Below are positions 30,671-41,012 of a stretch of DNA of 64,000 bases, piece by piece. The DNA is from an uncultured Lachnospiraceae bacterium (GTDB lineage Bacteria > Bacillota > Clostridia > Lachnospirales > Lachnospiraceae). The stretch is taken from the NCBI GenBank assembly GCA_900551235.1, contig URUU01000003.1:4308-68307 (forward strand), given 5' to 3'. The notes under the pieces were generated by a model. The model worked only from the letters and a program-made list of their open reading frames with translations. It searched no databases and was not told the origin of the DNA. The position numbers and the translations under genes were made by a program. Within the stretch, counting starts at the first letter, position 1; each line of letters begins with the position of its first letter.

Positions 30671-31675
30671 TCATTTTGTTTCTTCCTGTGGGATTCCAAG
30701 GTGCTGATAGGTGCGGTCTGTAACGATTCTTCCCCGCGGTGTACGCATAATGAAGCCATTTTTGATCAGGAACGGTTCGTAAACTTCCTCGATCGTACCG
30801 GCATCCTCCCCGATCGCCGCTGCAAGTGTATCCAGTCCGACCGGTCTGCCCAGGAATTTATCGATCATGGTATAAAGAATCCTCCGGTCTGTCTGATCCA
30901 GTCCACAGGAATCTACCTCCAGCAGATCCAGGGCAAAGGCTGCCACTTCCCCGGTGATCTTTCCGTCATAACGGACCTGTGCGAAATCTCTTACCCTTTT
31001 TAAAAGACGGTTTGCAAGTCTTGGCGTACCTCTGGAACGTTTTGCAAGTTCTGCCGCTCCCTGCGGATCGATCTCGACATCCAGCACATCTGCCGAACGC
31101 ATAATGATGGTTGTAAGCTCCTGTTCGGTATAAAATTCCAGATGATGTACTACGCCGAAACGGTCGCGCAGCGGTGCCGTCAGAAGTCCTGCCCTTGTGG
31201 TCGCGCCTACCAAAGTAAATTTGGGAAGGTCGAGGCGGATGGAACGCGCCGAAGCACCTTTTCCGATCACAATATCGATCGCATAATCCTCCATCGCAGG
31301 ATAAAGGACTTCCTCGACCTGACGGTTCAGGCGGTGGATCTCATCGACAAACAGCACATCCCCCTCCTGCAGATTGTTTAGGATAGCTGCCATTTCCCCC
31401 GGCTTTTCGATCGCCGGTCCGGAAGTGATCTTGATATGGACACCCATTTCATTGGCAATGATTCCTGCCAGTGTAGTTTTTCCAAGTCCCGGCGGTCCGT
31501 AGAAAAGCACATGATCCAGTGCATCCCCTCTCTGTTTTGCCGCCTCGATGTACACTTTTAAGTTTTCTTTTGCCTTTTCCTGTCCGATATACTGCTCCAG
31601 TGTCTGCGGACGCAGATTTTTTTCCGATGATACATCTTCTTCCAGAATATCCGTCGTGATAATTCGTTTTGCCAT
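30671..31675 (-). CDS. ruvB: Holliday junction branch migration helicase RuvB
   Basis: [28 protein letters not shown]. Confidence 0.97.
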   Translation of the reverse strand: MAKRIITTDILEEDVSSEKNLRPQTLEQYIGQEKAKENLKVYIEAAKQRGDALDHVLFYGPPGLGKTTLAGIIANEMGVHIKITSGPAIEKPGEMAAILNNLQEGDVLFVDEIHRLNRQVEEVLYPAMEDYAIDIVIGKGASARSIRLDLPKFTLVGATTRAGLLTAPLRDRFGVVHHLEFYTEQELTTIIMRSADVLDVEIDPQGAAELAKRSRGTPRLANRLLKRVRDFAQVRYDGKITGEVAAFALDLLEVDSCGLDQTDRRILYTMIDKFLGRPVGLDTLAAAIGEDAGTIEEVYEPFLIKNGFIMRTPRGRIVTDRTYQHLGIPQEETK

Positions 31676-31690
31676 AGTTTTCCTCTTTTA

Positions 31691-32299
31691 TCAAATCATT
31701 TGTTTTAATGCTGCCTTCAGGATCGCTTCGGTATCCATCTCATCACTGACTGCGATCTTCTGCACTGCCCGCAGGGCATCCGCCGGACTGTAACCCAGAG
31801 CCGTCAGAGCTTCCACTGCTTCGCCGGTCGCGCCATTTGCTTTTTCCTGGTTTTCTTTCTCCTGCCCGTGCATCAGCTTCTTTTCAAAAGCATCTTCCAG
31901 ATCCAGTTTGTCTTTCAGTTCCAGGATCAGCTTTTTCGCCGTCTTAGTACCGATGCCCGGTGCTTTGGAAATCGTCTTTGCATCTTCTGCCAGAACAGCA
32001 AACCGCAGATCGTCCGCAGAAAATACCGTCAGAATACCAAGGGCGGCTTTCGGTCCGATCCCGCTCACTCCAAGAAGCAGGGAAAAAACTTCCAGATCAT
32101 CCCTGCTGCAAAATCCGTAAAGCTGCATCCCGTCCTCTTTTACGTGAAAATACGTATGCAGCTTGATCTGCCTGCCAATACGCGTCAGATCTTCTGCTTC
32201 TCTTCCGGAAATATATACGCGGTATCCAATGCCATTGACATCCACGATCACGCTGCCCGGCAGCGTCTCAACAAGTTCCCCCTTAATATATGCGATCAT
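31691..32299 (-). CDS. ruvA: Holliday junction branch migration protein RuvA
   Basis: MIAYIKG, VSGIGPK, PGIGTKTA, ALTALGY. Confidence 0.96.
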   Translation of the reverse strand: MIAYIKGELVETLPGSVIVDVNGIGYRVYISGREAEDLTRIGRQIKLHTYFHVKEDGMQLYGFCSRDDLEVFSLLLGVSGIGPKAALGILTVFSADDLRFAVLAEDAKTISKAPGIGTKTAKKLILELKDKLDLEDAFEKKLMHGQEKENQEKANGATGEAVEALTALGYSPADALRAVQKIAVSDEMDTEAILKAALKQMI

Positions 32300-32302
32300 A
32301 CT

Positions 32303-32923
32303 CTACTCCTGTTCTTTCCTGTCATCTTCTATTTTTTCTATTACGGTAATTCTTTTTTCTTTCTTCCAAAGTTCTTCGAAAAGAGCGATGTGGTATCCCA
32401 TGGCATTTTTGATCTGCCAGTCATAAAACGGTGCTTTTGGCACAGCCAGGCACTCCAGAATACTCATGATCGTACCGCCGTGTGCCACGATCGCCGCCGA
32501 TGCGGCATGCTTTTTTCCCAGATCCTCCACAATCTCACAGAATGCCCGGACACAGCGGCTGCAAAACTCCGTCTGTTCTTCTCCTGCCGGAAACGGAAGC
32601 GTCCCGTTGCTGTCCAGCCATCTCTGATAATCTGCATCTTCTGATAACTCCAGATAATTTTTCCCTTCAAACCGTCCAAAATCACATTCCCGCAAATCAG
32701 AAACGGTGCAGGCTTCTTTCTGCGGAAACAAGATTTCGGCACTCTCCTTACAGCGCTTCATCGGACTTTGGAAAAGATAGTCCGGATACGGGTATTTTTT
32801 CTGTTCCTTCATGGAAAAAAGCGCCCGTTTTCCTTCTTCGCAAAGCGGTTCATCCGTACTTCCGATGTAACGTCCCTGCAGATTTCCTTCCGTCTTTCCA
32901 TGGCGTATCAGATAAATATCCAT
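32303..32923 (-). CDS. cobC: Histidine phosphatase (alpha-ribazole phosphatase-like)
   Basis: LIRHG, E.DFG.FEG and VAHGG motifs; within the cob operon. Confidence 0.8.
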   Translation of the reverse strand: MDIYLIRHGKTEGNLQGRYIGSTDEPLCEEGKRALFSMKEQKKYPYPDYLFQSPMKRCKESAEILFPQKEACTVSDLRECDFGRFEGKNYLELSEDADYQRWLDSNGTLPFPAGEEQTEFCSRCVRAFCEIVEDLGKKHAASAAIVAHGGTIMSILECLAVPKAPFYDWQIKNAMGYHIALFEELWKKEKRITVIEKIEDDRKEQE

Positions 32924-32937
32924 AATCCCCTCCGTTC

Positions 32938-33318
32938 CTATTTGATCCTGGTTCCGATTCCGCACACGACACGGTAGACCTCTTTTGCCTCTGCCGCTGC
33001 CTGCGTACAGATACGACCGGTCGTCTCCCGGTAATTCCGGTCAAAGGCATCGATCGGAACAACGCCATAGCCAAGCTCATTTCCCACCAGCACGATATCC
33101 GGATTCTTCTGCATCAGCGTTTCGATCAGATGCGCTGTATCTTTGTGTTCCAGAAGCATTCTGCGGATATATTCATGAAAATGCACCATGCCTTTTGCCT
33201 GATAAATGGCATCCATTTCACAGTCCATGCCGTCTGCAAATGCTTTCATTTCCAGATGCATCTGCTTTGCTGCAAACTCCTTTTTTCCCTGGAAAGCTCC
33301 ACCAACGATCAATATCAT
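32938..33318 (-). CDS. Short CobU-like protein
   Basis: GGAFQGK; NELGYGVVP...YRETTGR...VVCGI. Confidence 0.8.
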   Translation of the reverse strand: MILIVGGAFQGKKEFAAKQMHLEMKAFADGMDCEMDAIYQAKGMVHFHEYIRRMLLEHKDTAHLIETLMQKNPDIVLVGNELGYGVVPIDAFDRNYRETTGRICTQAAAEAKEVYRVVCGIGTRIK

Positions 33319-33336
33319 ATAAAATTCTCCTTCTGA

Positions 33337-34101
33337 TTACATACAGAGTTTCAGTCCGATCACACAGACTGCCATGGCAAGTTCACAATTCTGCAGAAAA
33401 AATCCTGCCAGATCTCCTGTGATACCACCAAATTTCTGATAAGAAAGCTGGCGATACCAGAAAAAGACTGCGAATGCCCCCACAAGCTGTGCTGCTCCAT
33501 AAAACGGATCCAGATAAAGCAGCAGTCCGGCACATGCCAGGACATAAAAGATCATCACAATGCGTACACGGTTTTTCAGTGCCATATCTGAAAACGTTGC
33601 CGCAAGCCCTGTATTTTTTGCCATGCGGAACGTAACCAGGGAAAAACCGCTCAACGCACGGGACAGCACAAAGCCAACCGCCAGAAGCAGCAGCGTGTGC
33701 TGATCTGCCTCAGAATAAATCCCAAAATCCAGGATAAACCAGCAGATCCCGACAATGATCGCAAAGGCTCCGGCATGGGAATCTTTTAAAATTTCCAGTT
33801 TTTCTTCTTTTGGTTTATACGAACTGAGTGCATCTGCCGTATCTAAAAGACCGTCCAGATGGATCCCGCCGCTTATAAGCACCGGAATCAGGATCAGTAC
33901 TGCCGTAAACAGTGCACTTCCGGCAAGCCTGCCGCCGGCAAGAAAATCCCACAAAAGGGTGGCTGCCCCGATCAGCGCTCCGATCGCCGGAAAAAAGCAG
34001 ATGCAGTAACGCATACTTTCTTTGGTCCATTCTACCTGCGGCATCGGGATCTTGGAATACATGGAAAATGCAACACACAGGCTTCTAAAGATATTTTTCA
34101 T
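33337..34101 (-). CDS. cobS: Adenosylcobinamide-GDP ribazoletransferase (cobalamin synthase)
   Basis: GGIHLDGLLDTADA, LKDSHAGAF, FGGITGDLAG. Confidence 0.93.
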   Translation of the reverse strand: MKNIFRSLCVAFSMYSKIPMPQVEWTKESMRYCICFFPAIGALIGAATLLWDFLAGGRLAGSALFTAVLILIPVLISGGIHLDGLLDTADALSSYKPKEEKLEILKDSHAGAFAIIVGICWFILDFGIYSEADQHTLLLLAVGFVLSRALSGFSLVTFRMAKNTGLAATFSDMALKNRVRIVMIFYVLACAGLLLYLDPFYGAAQLVGAFAVFFWYRQLSYQKFGGITGDLAGFFLQNCELAMAVCVIGLKLCM

Positions 34102-34145
34102 ATTTTTTCTTCTTTCTTGGATTTGTATTTCCGGTTATGCCAGAC

Positions 34146-34658
34146 TTACCGAAATTTCAGCGGGATCCCATAGACAACTTCATAACAGGCATCGGAAATC
34201 TCTGCCAGAAATGCATTGAGTTTCCCTAAAACCCGCTGGTAATTCTGTGTTTCCATATCATAAGAAATCCCATCTGAAAAAATCTCATTTGTCACCACGC
34301 AGACATGACCTGCCTGCTCTTTGAGATGCAGAAGTCCGCGGCAGACTGCCTCGTAAGCCTGATCCTTTGCCCCATCCGGCGAAAAGATCTCATTTGCTGT
34401 AAGGTTTGACATGCACTCCAGCAGAACCGTACTGCCATATGGAATGGCTGCATGCTCCAGATCAGTATAGCACTCCAGCGTCTCAAACTGCTTATCTTTT
34501 CGCATCTGACGATGCCTTGCCACTCTTTTGCGGCTTTCCTCATCAAAACACATCATCGTTGCAATATAAATGCGATTTCCCGGCGGGAATTTCAGAATCT
34601 GTTCTTCTGCAAAGGCGGATTTGCCGCTTCCGCTGCCTCCGGTAACGGTAATAAACAT
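34146..34658 (-). CDS. cobU: Adenosylcobinamide kinase/guanylyltransferase
   Basis: TGGSGSGKS, YIAT, RHR, VTNE, VYGIP. Confidence 0.9.
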   Translation of the reverse strand: MFITVTGGSGSGKSAFAEEQILKFPPGNRIYIATMMCFDEESRKRVARHRQMRKDKQFETLECYTDLEHAAIPYGSTVLLECMSNLTANEIFSPDGAKDQAYEAVCRGLLHLKEQAGHVCVVTNEIFSDGISYDMETQNYQRVLGKLNAFLAEISDACYEVVYGIPLKFR

Positions 34659-34681
34659 AATGTCCTCCGATCCGCTTAAAT

Positions 34682-35734
34682 TCAGCTCAAATGCTCATAC
34701 TGTTCAATGCTTGCTTCCTCAAATGTGCTCATACTGTTGTAGACTGCACAGGCAAGGTCCAGGATCGGGAAGAGTGTGATCGCTCCCGTTCCTTCTCCAA
34801 GATGCATGTCACAGTCCAGCATTGCCTCCAGTCCCATCCTTTCCAGCAGCATCTGCGCCGCAGGCTCTTTGGAAAGATGCGAAGCCAGCATATAATGCAC
34901 ACACTTCGGGCAGATCACAGAAGCCGCCATCGCTGCAGCTTCGGAAATAATCCCATCTATCACAACCGGTATGCCTTCTGCCGCACCGCCAAGAAAAACC
35001 CCGGCCATGCCTGCAAGATCAAATCCTCCTATTTTTGCCAGCACATCAATGCCGTCTGTCTTATCCGGCTGATTGACCTGTATCGCCTTATGAATAGCAG
35101 TGATCTTCTTTGTCAGACCGGAGGTAGAAAGACCTGCGCCTCTTCCGGTGACCATCTCGACCGGGGTATCCAGAAACACTGCTGCCATCGCACTGCTGGT
35201 AGTCGTATTGCCGATCCCCATCTCACCGGTTGCCACGATCTGATACCCCTGCGTTTTTAATTCCCGCACTACGCGGATTCCGGTCTCGATCGCCTGAACA
35301 GCCTCCTCTTTTGTCATGGCAGGACCTTTTGTCATGTTTCTGGTGCCATATGCCACTTTTTCATTGCGCAGTGAAGTATCTCTTGCAATTCCGATATCCA
35401 CCGGGAAAAGATCCGCACCGGCTACCCTGCACATAACACTGGAGGTCGCTTTTCCGGCAAGCAGATTTTCTGAAACGATCGCCGTTACTTCCTGCCCGGA
35501 CTGTGTAACCCCTTCTTCTACTACGCCATTGTCTGCGCACATGACAACCAGTGCTTTCTTATCCAGCAAAATCCGGCTGCTTCCGGTCATACCGGCAATC
35601 CGCACCAGATCATCCTCCAGCTTTCCAAGACTGTGCAGAGGCTTTGCAATCTGATCCCAGTGCCGTCTGCATGCTTCCATCGCTTCCTTCGATGGTTCTT
35701 TGATCTTCTCTAATGTTTCCTCTAAAATATTCAT
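34682..35734 (-). CDS. cobT: Nicotinate-nucleotide--dimethylbenzimidazole phosphoribosyltransferase
   Basis: KPLHSLGKLE, GEMGIGNTT, LGEGTGA. Confidence 0.95.
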   Translation of the reverse strand: MNILEETLEKIKEPSKEAMEACRRHWDQIAKPLHSLGKLEDDLVRIAGMTGSSRILLDKKALVVMCADNGVVEEGVTQSGQEVTAIVSENLLAGKATSSVMCRVAGADLFPVDIGIARDTSLRNEKVAYGTRNMTKGPAMTKEEAVQAIETGIRVVRELKTQGYQIVATGEMGIGNTTTSSAMAAVFLDTPVEMVTGRGAGLSTSGLTKKITAIHKAIQVNQPDKTDGIDVLAKIGGFDLAGMAGVFLGGAAEGIPVVIDGIISEAAAMAASVICPKCVHYMLASHLSKEPAAQMLLERMGLEAMLDCDMHLGEGTGAITLFPILDLACAVYNSMSTFEEASIEQYEHLS

Positions 35735-35850
35735 CTTCTGCTACCTCATTCCTGCCGTAAAGATGTTAAGGTGAAAACCTGCAAAACGGCAGCCGGAGGA
35801 TATTTCCTCCAGCTACCGTAACTTTCAGGGCACGCCTGTTCCTCGTTTCT

Positions 35851-37281
35851 CTATAAAAGAGACAATGCAAGGGAAAGTTCGGAGCGATAACGTGTCGTGT
35901 ATGCCGGATATGTTTTCATGCGGTAAGCATAAAGCTTCTCCAGGAACTGCCTGTCCGTTGTGCTGTTCTTGATGTCTGCAGCCTTCACTGCTCCCGCTGC
36001 CGTCCACTGTCCATGCTGGATGGAATAGCTGAACACAGCTCCCTTTACTACATCCGGTCTTGCACTCATACTGATGCCAAATTTATTTTTCAGATATTTT
36101 TCCGTCACATCATAATATTCCTGCTTTGCAAAGGCATCCTGATAAGAAGCAAACCCTTTCGGTGACTTATTATAAATGGTTCTCCATGCAGCATAAAACT
36201 GGGTATTGCTTTTCAGAAGAGATTTCTGACTGTCTGTATAAGCCGCATACTTTTTAAACTCGGCAAAAAAAGTCTGATTACTCTGGTAACAGTATTTTAC
36301 AAATGGAAGCAGCGAATAGCGATAATCAAACTGATACTTGCCGCAGGCATTGCCATTGTCCCCGCCGACCTGCGCATAAGCTGCCGTTCCGGACTCAAAT
36401 GTTGTAAAAAACAGCATCTTGTCTGTGATCTCGTCGTCCTTGTCCGTAAGATTTGCCGTGCATTTTCCGTTGTCATCAATGTTGTATACAACACCCTCGA
36501 TCGTCACTGCTTTGCTTTTCTGCATGACACCTTTGGCATTGAAATAATAAGTGACACGGTTGACAGAAACCAGTCCAATGCTTGCCGCCGAGCCATTTTC
36601 CGGATCCAGGTAATAGCGTTTGCCTTTTAAATCCATCCATCCGCTCTGAAGCACACCGTTCTTTGAAAAATAATACTTCTTTCCGTCAATGATCTGCCAG
36701 CCCGTCAGACGGTAATACTTTTCACCGGCATAGTACGTCTTATTTTTCAGCCTGAACCATCCCTGCTTACACTTGCCGTCTTTCTTTCGCAGATAATAAT
36801 ACTGCCTGTTGATCCTGCGCCATCCTGTCAGCAGGTATCCGCCGCCGGATTTTGTAAAATAATAACGGCTGCCCTCGATCATACGCCAGCCGGAAGCCCT
36901 CGCGCCATCTTTGTTCGGATCAAGATAATATTTACGCTTTCCAAGCTTGATCCATCCGATCTGCTTTTCGCCTTTTTCCGTATAATAATACCACTTTTTC
37001 CGGATCTTTACCCAGCCGCCTTTGAAACCGCGGATCCATTTGCCGTCCTCACCGACAAAATATTTCCCGATCCACTGATTTGTCACCAGTGTTCCATCTG
37101 AACCGGCATAGTAGTCACCAACCCACTTGTTTTTTACCAGCTTCTTCCCCTTGTAGGCATAATAAATACCGTCCACCTGTTTCCAGACTGCTTTCTGTGC
37201 CGCCTGCGCATTCTGCGGCATACAGAGCATGGCAAACATCACCGCCAGAACTGCCCAGAATACCTTCGTTTTCCTTTTCAT
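35851..37281 (-). CDS. Secreted protein with cell-wall (choline-binding-type) repeats and a C-terminal putative peptidoglycan hydrolase
   Basis: Signal peptide ending AQA; repeated GW..I.G..YYF units; C-terminal FESG...GKYQF...YSIQHG domain. Confidence 0.85.
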   Translation of the reverse strand: MKRKTKVFWAVLAVMFAMLCMPQNAQAAQKAVWKQVDGIYYAYKGKKLVKNKWVGDYYAGSDGTLVTNQWIGKYFVGEDGKWIRGFKGGWVKIRKKWYYYTEKGEKQIGWIKLGKRKYYLDPNKDGARASGWRMIEGSRYYFTKSGGGYLLTGWRRINRQYYYLRKKDGKCKQGWFRLKNKTYYAGEKYYRLTGWQIIDGKKYYFSKNGVLQSGWMDLKGKRYYLDPENGSAASIGLVSVNRVTYYFNAKGVMQKSKAVTIEGVVYNIDDNGKCTANLTDKDDEITDKMLFFTTFESGTAAYAQVGGDNGNACGKYQFDYRYSLLPFVKYCYQSNQTFFAEFKKYAAYTDSQKSLLKSNTQFYAAWRTIYNKSPKGFASYQDAFAKQEYYDVTEKYLKNKFGISMSARPDVVKGAVFSYSIQHGQWTAAGAVKAADIKNSTTDRQFLEKLYAYRMKTYPAYTTRYRSELSLALSLL

Positions 37282-37441
37282 TATGTAATCCTTTCCGTTG
37301 CCGCCAAATCCCAGGACAACTATTACAAAATTGTTACATTTTATGGCTATTATAGTGTATTCTGCTGTATTTGTCAAATCATGGCTGCGGCAGATTTCTG
37401 TTAAAAATTATTTTTCCAGAGATCCTTCCAGTTCTCCCACA

Positions 37442-38833
37442 CTATAGAACATTCGTTCCCTCCCCCGAAAAATTTTCGCAGAAATCAAAAAAAGAGAACA
37501 AAAGTCCGGTTTCTTCAATCACCAGATGGAGCTGCATATTTTTCCCCGGAACAATAAATTTCAGCACACCATACTCCATACTGACACACAGATAAATCTC
37601 TGCATTAAAATCCCCGACCGTTTTTCTCAGAATACGGATATCCCTCTCTTTCCCTGAAAAAAGCAGTTCCTCTATCAGCCGGATACGATCCTCCTTTTCC
37701 AGTGGATGATACAATTCTTCCGGCCATTCGCTGACCATACCGGTATCAAGGAAATGCCGGATACCTTCCATCGATGTGATATAATGGATATTTTCTGCCT
37801 TGCGGATCGCATCTCCGTAAATATGGAGCGTCTGTATCAGCTTTTCCCGTCCCGGCAGATCTTTTCTGATGTATTTTTCATAGATATCATCGGTCAGCAC
37901 CGGTGTCAGGCACGGTGTCATCTGAAAACTCTGGATTTCATTTCCGCTTTGCAGGATTTTCCCGGTGACTTCAAACTGTTCCTCCAGGCTTTCGATGCAG
38001 CGGATCATTGGTTTGGAACCTTCCAGACATTCTTCAAAAATCTCCGAAAACATCTGAAGCATCCTCGGCTCTGCCGTTATGTAACCCTTTTGCATGTCTG
38101 ATGTCAGGACACAGGCACATTTTGACGAAAGGACCAGATACGGGAAAAAGCTGAATTTTTTCTCCTGCACGGGTATCTGGCTGTAGTAGTACCAGGTATG
38201 ATAATCATAATGATAATTGTACAGCGGCAGCACACTGCGCAGACAGTCCAGATTATAATTCTTCCCAAGATGCATATTCTTCGGTGTATTGCTCAGACAT
38301 ATGATATGGTCGACCCTGGTACGACACACGGAATTGCCATGTGCGGCAAGAATGTTGCTCAGAGAATTACTGTCAGGCTGAATCATAAGGCGCAGATGCC
38401 CGTCCTTTCTCTTGATCTCCTCTCCGATCAGATGAAACAGTGCGGTATCCACCTCATAGCTGCCGCGCAGTGTAATATTCTCCGTATCCAGCATGGAATA
38501 ACGCGCCGGCTCCTCAATCGCCGGAAATGCCGTATCCAGATTGCTCATCAGCAGAAGCTCTGAGAAAAACTTCTGTACATCCTTGCGCCGGTAATAATTG
38601 TCGTATCCCTGTACCGATATCTCATAAGCTTCCCACAGCTTTTCTTCTTCCGAAGGAAGCAGATGCATATATTTAGCTGCCTTTTCCACGATCTCCCGAT
38701 CTGAGGGGGTGCGCTGCCCCTTTAAGATCTTATACAGATTTGCACGGTCATAGCCACAGTACTTCGCAAATGCCTGCACTTTCACATCCTTCTCTTTAAT
38801 CAGCTCAGAGAGCAGATTTGCAAATTCATTCAT
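37442..38833 (-). CDS. XRE-type HTH protein with long uncharacterised C-terminal region
   Basis: FAKYCGYDRANLYKILKGQRTP N-terminal HTH. Confidence 0.75.
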   Translation of the reverse strand: MNEFANLLSELIKEKDVKVQAFAKYCGYDRANLYKILKGQRTPSDREIVEKAAKYMHLLPSEEEKLWEAYEISVQGYDNYYRRKDVQKFFSELLLMSNLDTAFPAIEEPARYSMLDTENITLRGSYEVDTALFHLIGEEIKRKDGHLRLMIQPDSNSLSNILAAHGNSVCRTRVDHIICLSNTPKNMHLGKNYNLDCLRSVLPLYNYHYDYHTWYYYSQIPVQEKKFSFFPYLVLSSKCACVLTSDMQKGYITAEPRMLQMFSEIFEECLEGSKPMIRCIESLEEQFEVTGKILQSGNEIQSFQMTPCLTPVLTDDIYEKYIRKDLPGREKLIQTLHIYGDAIRKAENIHYITSMEGIRHFLDTGMVSEWPEELYHPLEKEDRIRLIEELLFSGKERDIRILRKTVGDFNAEIYLCVSMEYGVLKFIVPGKNMQLHLVIEETGLLFSFFDFCENFSGEGTNVL

Positions 38834-39040
38834 TTTCTCACCCTTGTGTTTTTATTTTATCTTGAAGTCTTAGTATAACCTTTCTGTGTGGAAAAGGCAA
38901 TCATTTTCTTACTTCCGGTAGTTTTTTCTGATAATAGATAAATCCCTGAGAATGTTTTGATTTCATCAGATATTTTTTAGTGTAAAACAACAGCAGCAGA
39001 TGAATATCTTCACCTGCTGCCTGCTCACTCACACTACGCC

Positions 39041-39115
39041 CTATTTTTTGATTTTTACACTTTTTGTTTTTGCCATCAGAACTGCCAAATTTCTTTTCTG
39101 CATGTTTGGCATCAT
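39041..39115 (-). CDS. Putative 24-aa basic peptide
   Basis: AAAGGAGG, then MMPNMQKRNLAVLMAKTKSVKIKK*, then hairpin at 38993-39020. Confidence 0.45.
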   Translation of the reverse strand: MMPNMQKRNLAVLMAKTKSVKIKK

Positions 39116-39246
39116 CTCGCCATTCCTCCTTTGCTTTCTGATTGTTTCATTGTATAAACTTTTCCGCATCAAAACAAGATGTGTCAAACTTTGTGGTCAG
39201 AGTTTTTTCACAGCCTACACTTTCGCATAAGCTGTACTCTTAAAAA

Positions 39247-39414
39247 TCATTTTACCAGAAGTCTGTTTTCTTCTATCCAGTTCCGGACATCATCTTCACT
39301 GACTTTAAGCAGTCTGGCGATCCTTTCGATCTCCATGCCCTCCTGCATATCGTGTGTTTCTCCCTGACGGATCAAGTTTAGAATAATCCGTTTGCGGCAG
39401 TCGTAATGTTTCAT
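39247..39414 (-). pseudogene. Short ORF or remnant resembling the C-terminal HTH tail of Rpn (PD-(D/E)XK) proteins
   Basis: ...GMEIERIARLLKVSEDDVRNWIEE; no catalytic domain present. Confidence 0.3.
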
Positions 39415-39491
39415 GCAGGCATAAACTTTGGCTCATTACCCACCTGCGTCAAACAGGCAGCCTACCTCTTTAAGTAGACTGCCTGCCCTTC

Positions 39492-40961
39492 CTATATGAT
39501 GATACAGATCATCCTTCCGCTTGATTCATTCACGATCTTTTTCATGGTATCCTGCAGTTTGCCCTGGCTCTCTTCGCCGATCATGGCAAGTTTGGTGCGG
39601 ATGCCGTCCTCCACCAGCTGGCTGACAGATTTTCCAAAAATATTGGTATCCCAGATACCATTTTCTTCTTTGGCATTTTCTTCGATATAAGCGATCAGGT
39701 CTTTTGCCTGCTGTTCGCTGCCGACGATCGGTGCGATCTCCGTCTCGATATCTGCCCGGATCAGATGCACAGACGGGCTGTAGGCTTTTATCTTGACGCC
39801 GTAGCGGTTTCCCTGTTTTGTGATCGCAGGTGCTTCGAGGCGGATCTCTTCTCTCTGTGGTGTGATCACACCGTAACCTGTGCCATGTACGGCATTTAAG
39901 GCTTCCTGCACGCTCTCATATTCCCTGCGTTTCTTAGAGAGTTCCCGGATCATGGAGATCAGTTGATATTCTCCGTCGATCTGCACGCCTGCCATCTCGC
40001 TGAGCATCTGATAATAATACCTTTCCGGCACTTCAAGACGCACCTGTACGCTGCCGTCGGACAGCGAAATCTGTTCCAGTTTGCTTTTGTCAATGTATTC
40101 GCAGGATGGTGCCAGTGATTCTGCCGTCACATCCCGCAGGCTGCCGACTTTTGTAAAAATTTCCCGGACTGCCTCCAGGATTGCCTTTTTTACCGGATGT
40201 TCGGTGTCCAGTGTTTCGATCCACCGCGGCACAAAAAACTCAATGCGGGTCAGTGGAAATGCATAGAGAAGCTCCGTCAGGATCCTGCGGATATCCTCTT
40301 CTTTCATCTGCTCACAGTTGACCGGGATCACGGCAGTTTCATACGTTTTTGACAGTTCTTCTGTCAGCGCTTTCGTCTCCTGCGAATATGGTTTCTGCGA
40401 ATTTAAAACGATCACAAACGGCTTGCCTGTTTTTTTCAGTTCCGAAACGGTCTTTTCCTCTGCACTTTTATATGCTTCCCTCGGGAAATCCCCGATCGTT
40501 CCGTCGGTTGTCAAAAGGATCCCGACGGTTGAGTGGTCGCGGATCACTTTTCCGGTGCCGATCTCTGCTGCCTGCGGGAATGGGATCGCCTCTTTTAACC
40601 ACGGCGTTTTTACCATCCGCACCTGATTATTTTCATCGAGTCCAAATGCCCCGTCGATCACAAATCCTATGCAGTCGATCAGGCGGATTTTTGCCGTAAT
40701 CCCTTCATCCAGTTCTACTTCCGCTGCTTTTGCCGGAACAAATTTCGGTTCTACGGTTGTGATCGTCTTTCCGCCGCCGCTCACCGGAAGTTCATCCGTC
40801 GATATCTGACTGTTTTCTTTTTTCATATGCGGCAGAACAAGCTGCTCCATAAAACGGCGGACAAATGTAGATTTCCCTGTTCGCACCGGGCCGACCACGC
40901 CTATGTAGATCTCGCCCTTCGTCCGTGCCTGTATATCCTGATATAGATGAAACGTATCCAT
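39492..40961 (-). CDS. spoIVA: Stage IV sporulation protein A
   Basis: IYIGVVGPVRTGKSTF, TTVEPKF, TPW, IWDTNIFGKS, C-terminal ICIII. Confidence 0.96.
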   Translation of the reverse strand: MDTFHLYQDIQARTKGEIYIGVVGPVRTGKSTFVRRFMEQLVLPHMKKENSQISTDELPVSGGGKTITTVEPKFVPAKAAEVELDEGITAKIRLIDCIGFVIDGAFGLDENNQVRMVKTPWLKEAIPFPQAAEIGTGKVIRDHSTVGILLTTDGTIGDFPREAYKSAEEKTVSELKKTGKPFVIVLNSQKPYSQETKALTEELSKTYETAVIPVNCEQMKEEDIRRILTELLYAFPLTRIEFFVPRWIETLDTEHPVKKAILEAVREIFTKVGSLRDVTAESLAPSCEYIDKSKLEQISLSDGSVQVRLEVPERYYYQMLSEMAGVQIDGEYQLISMIRELSKKRREYESVQEALNAVHGTGYGVITPQREEIRLEAPAITKQGNRYGVKIKAYSPSVHLIRADIETEIAPIVGSEQQAKDLIAYIEENAKEENGIWDTNIFGKSVSQLVEDGIRTKLAMIGEESQGKLQDTMKKIVNESSGRMICIII

Positions 40962-41012
40962 AATTTAACCCCCTCACTATACTGATACAGCATATGTGAG
41001 GGGGTATCGCTT

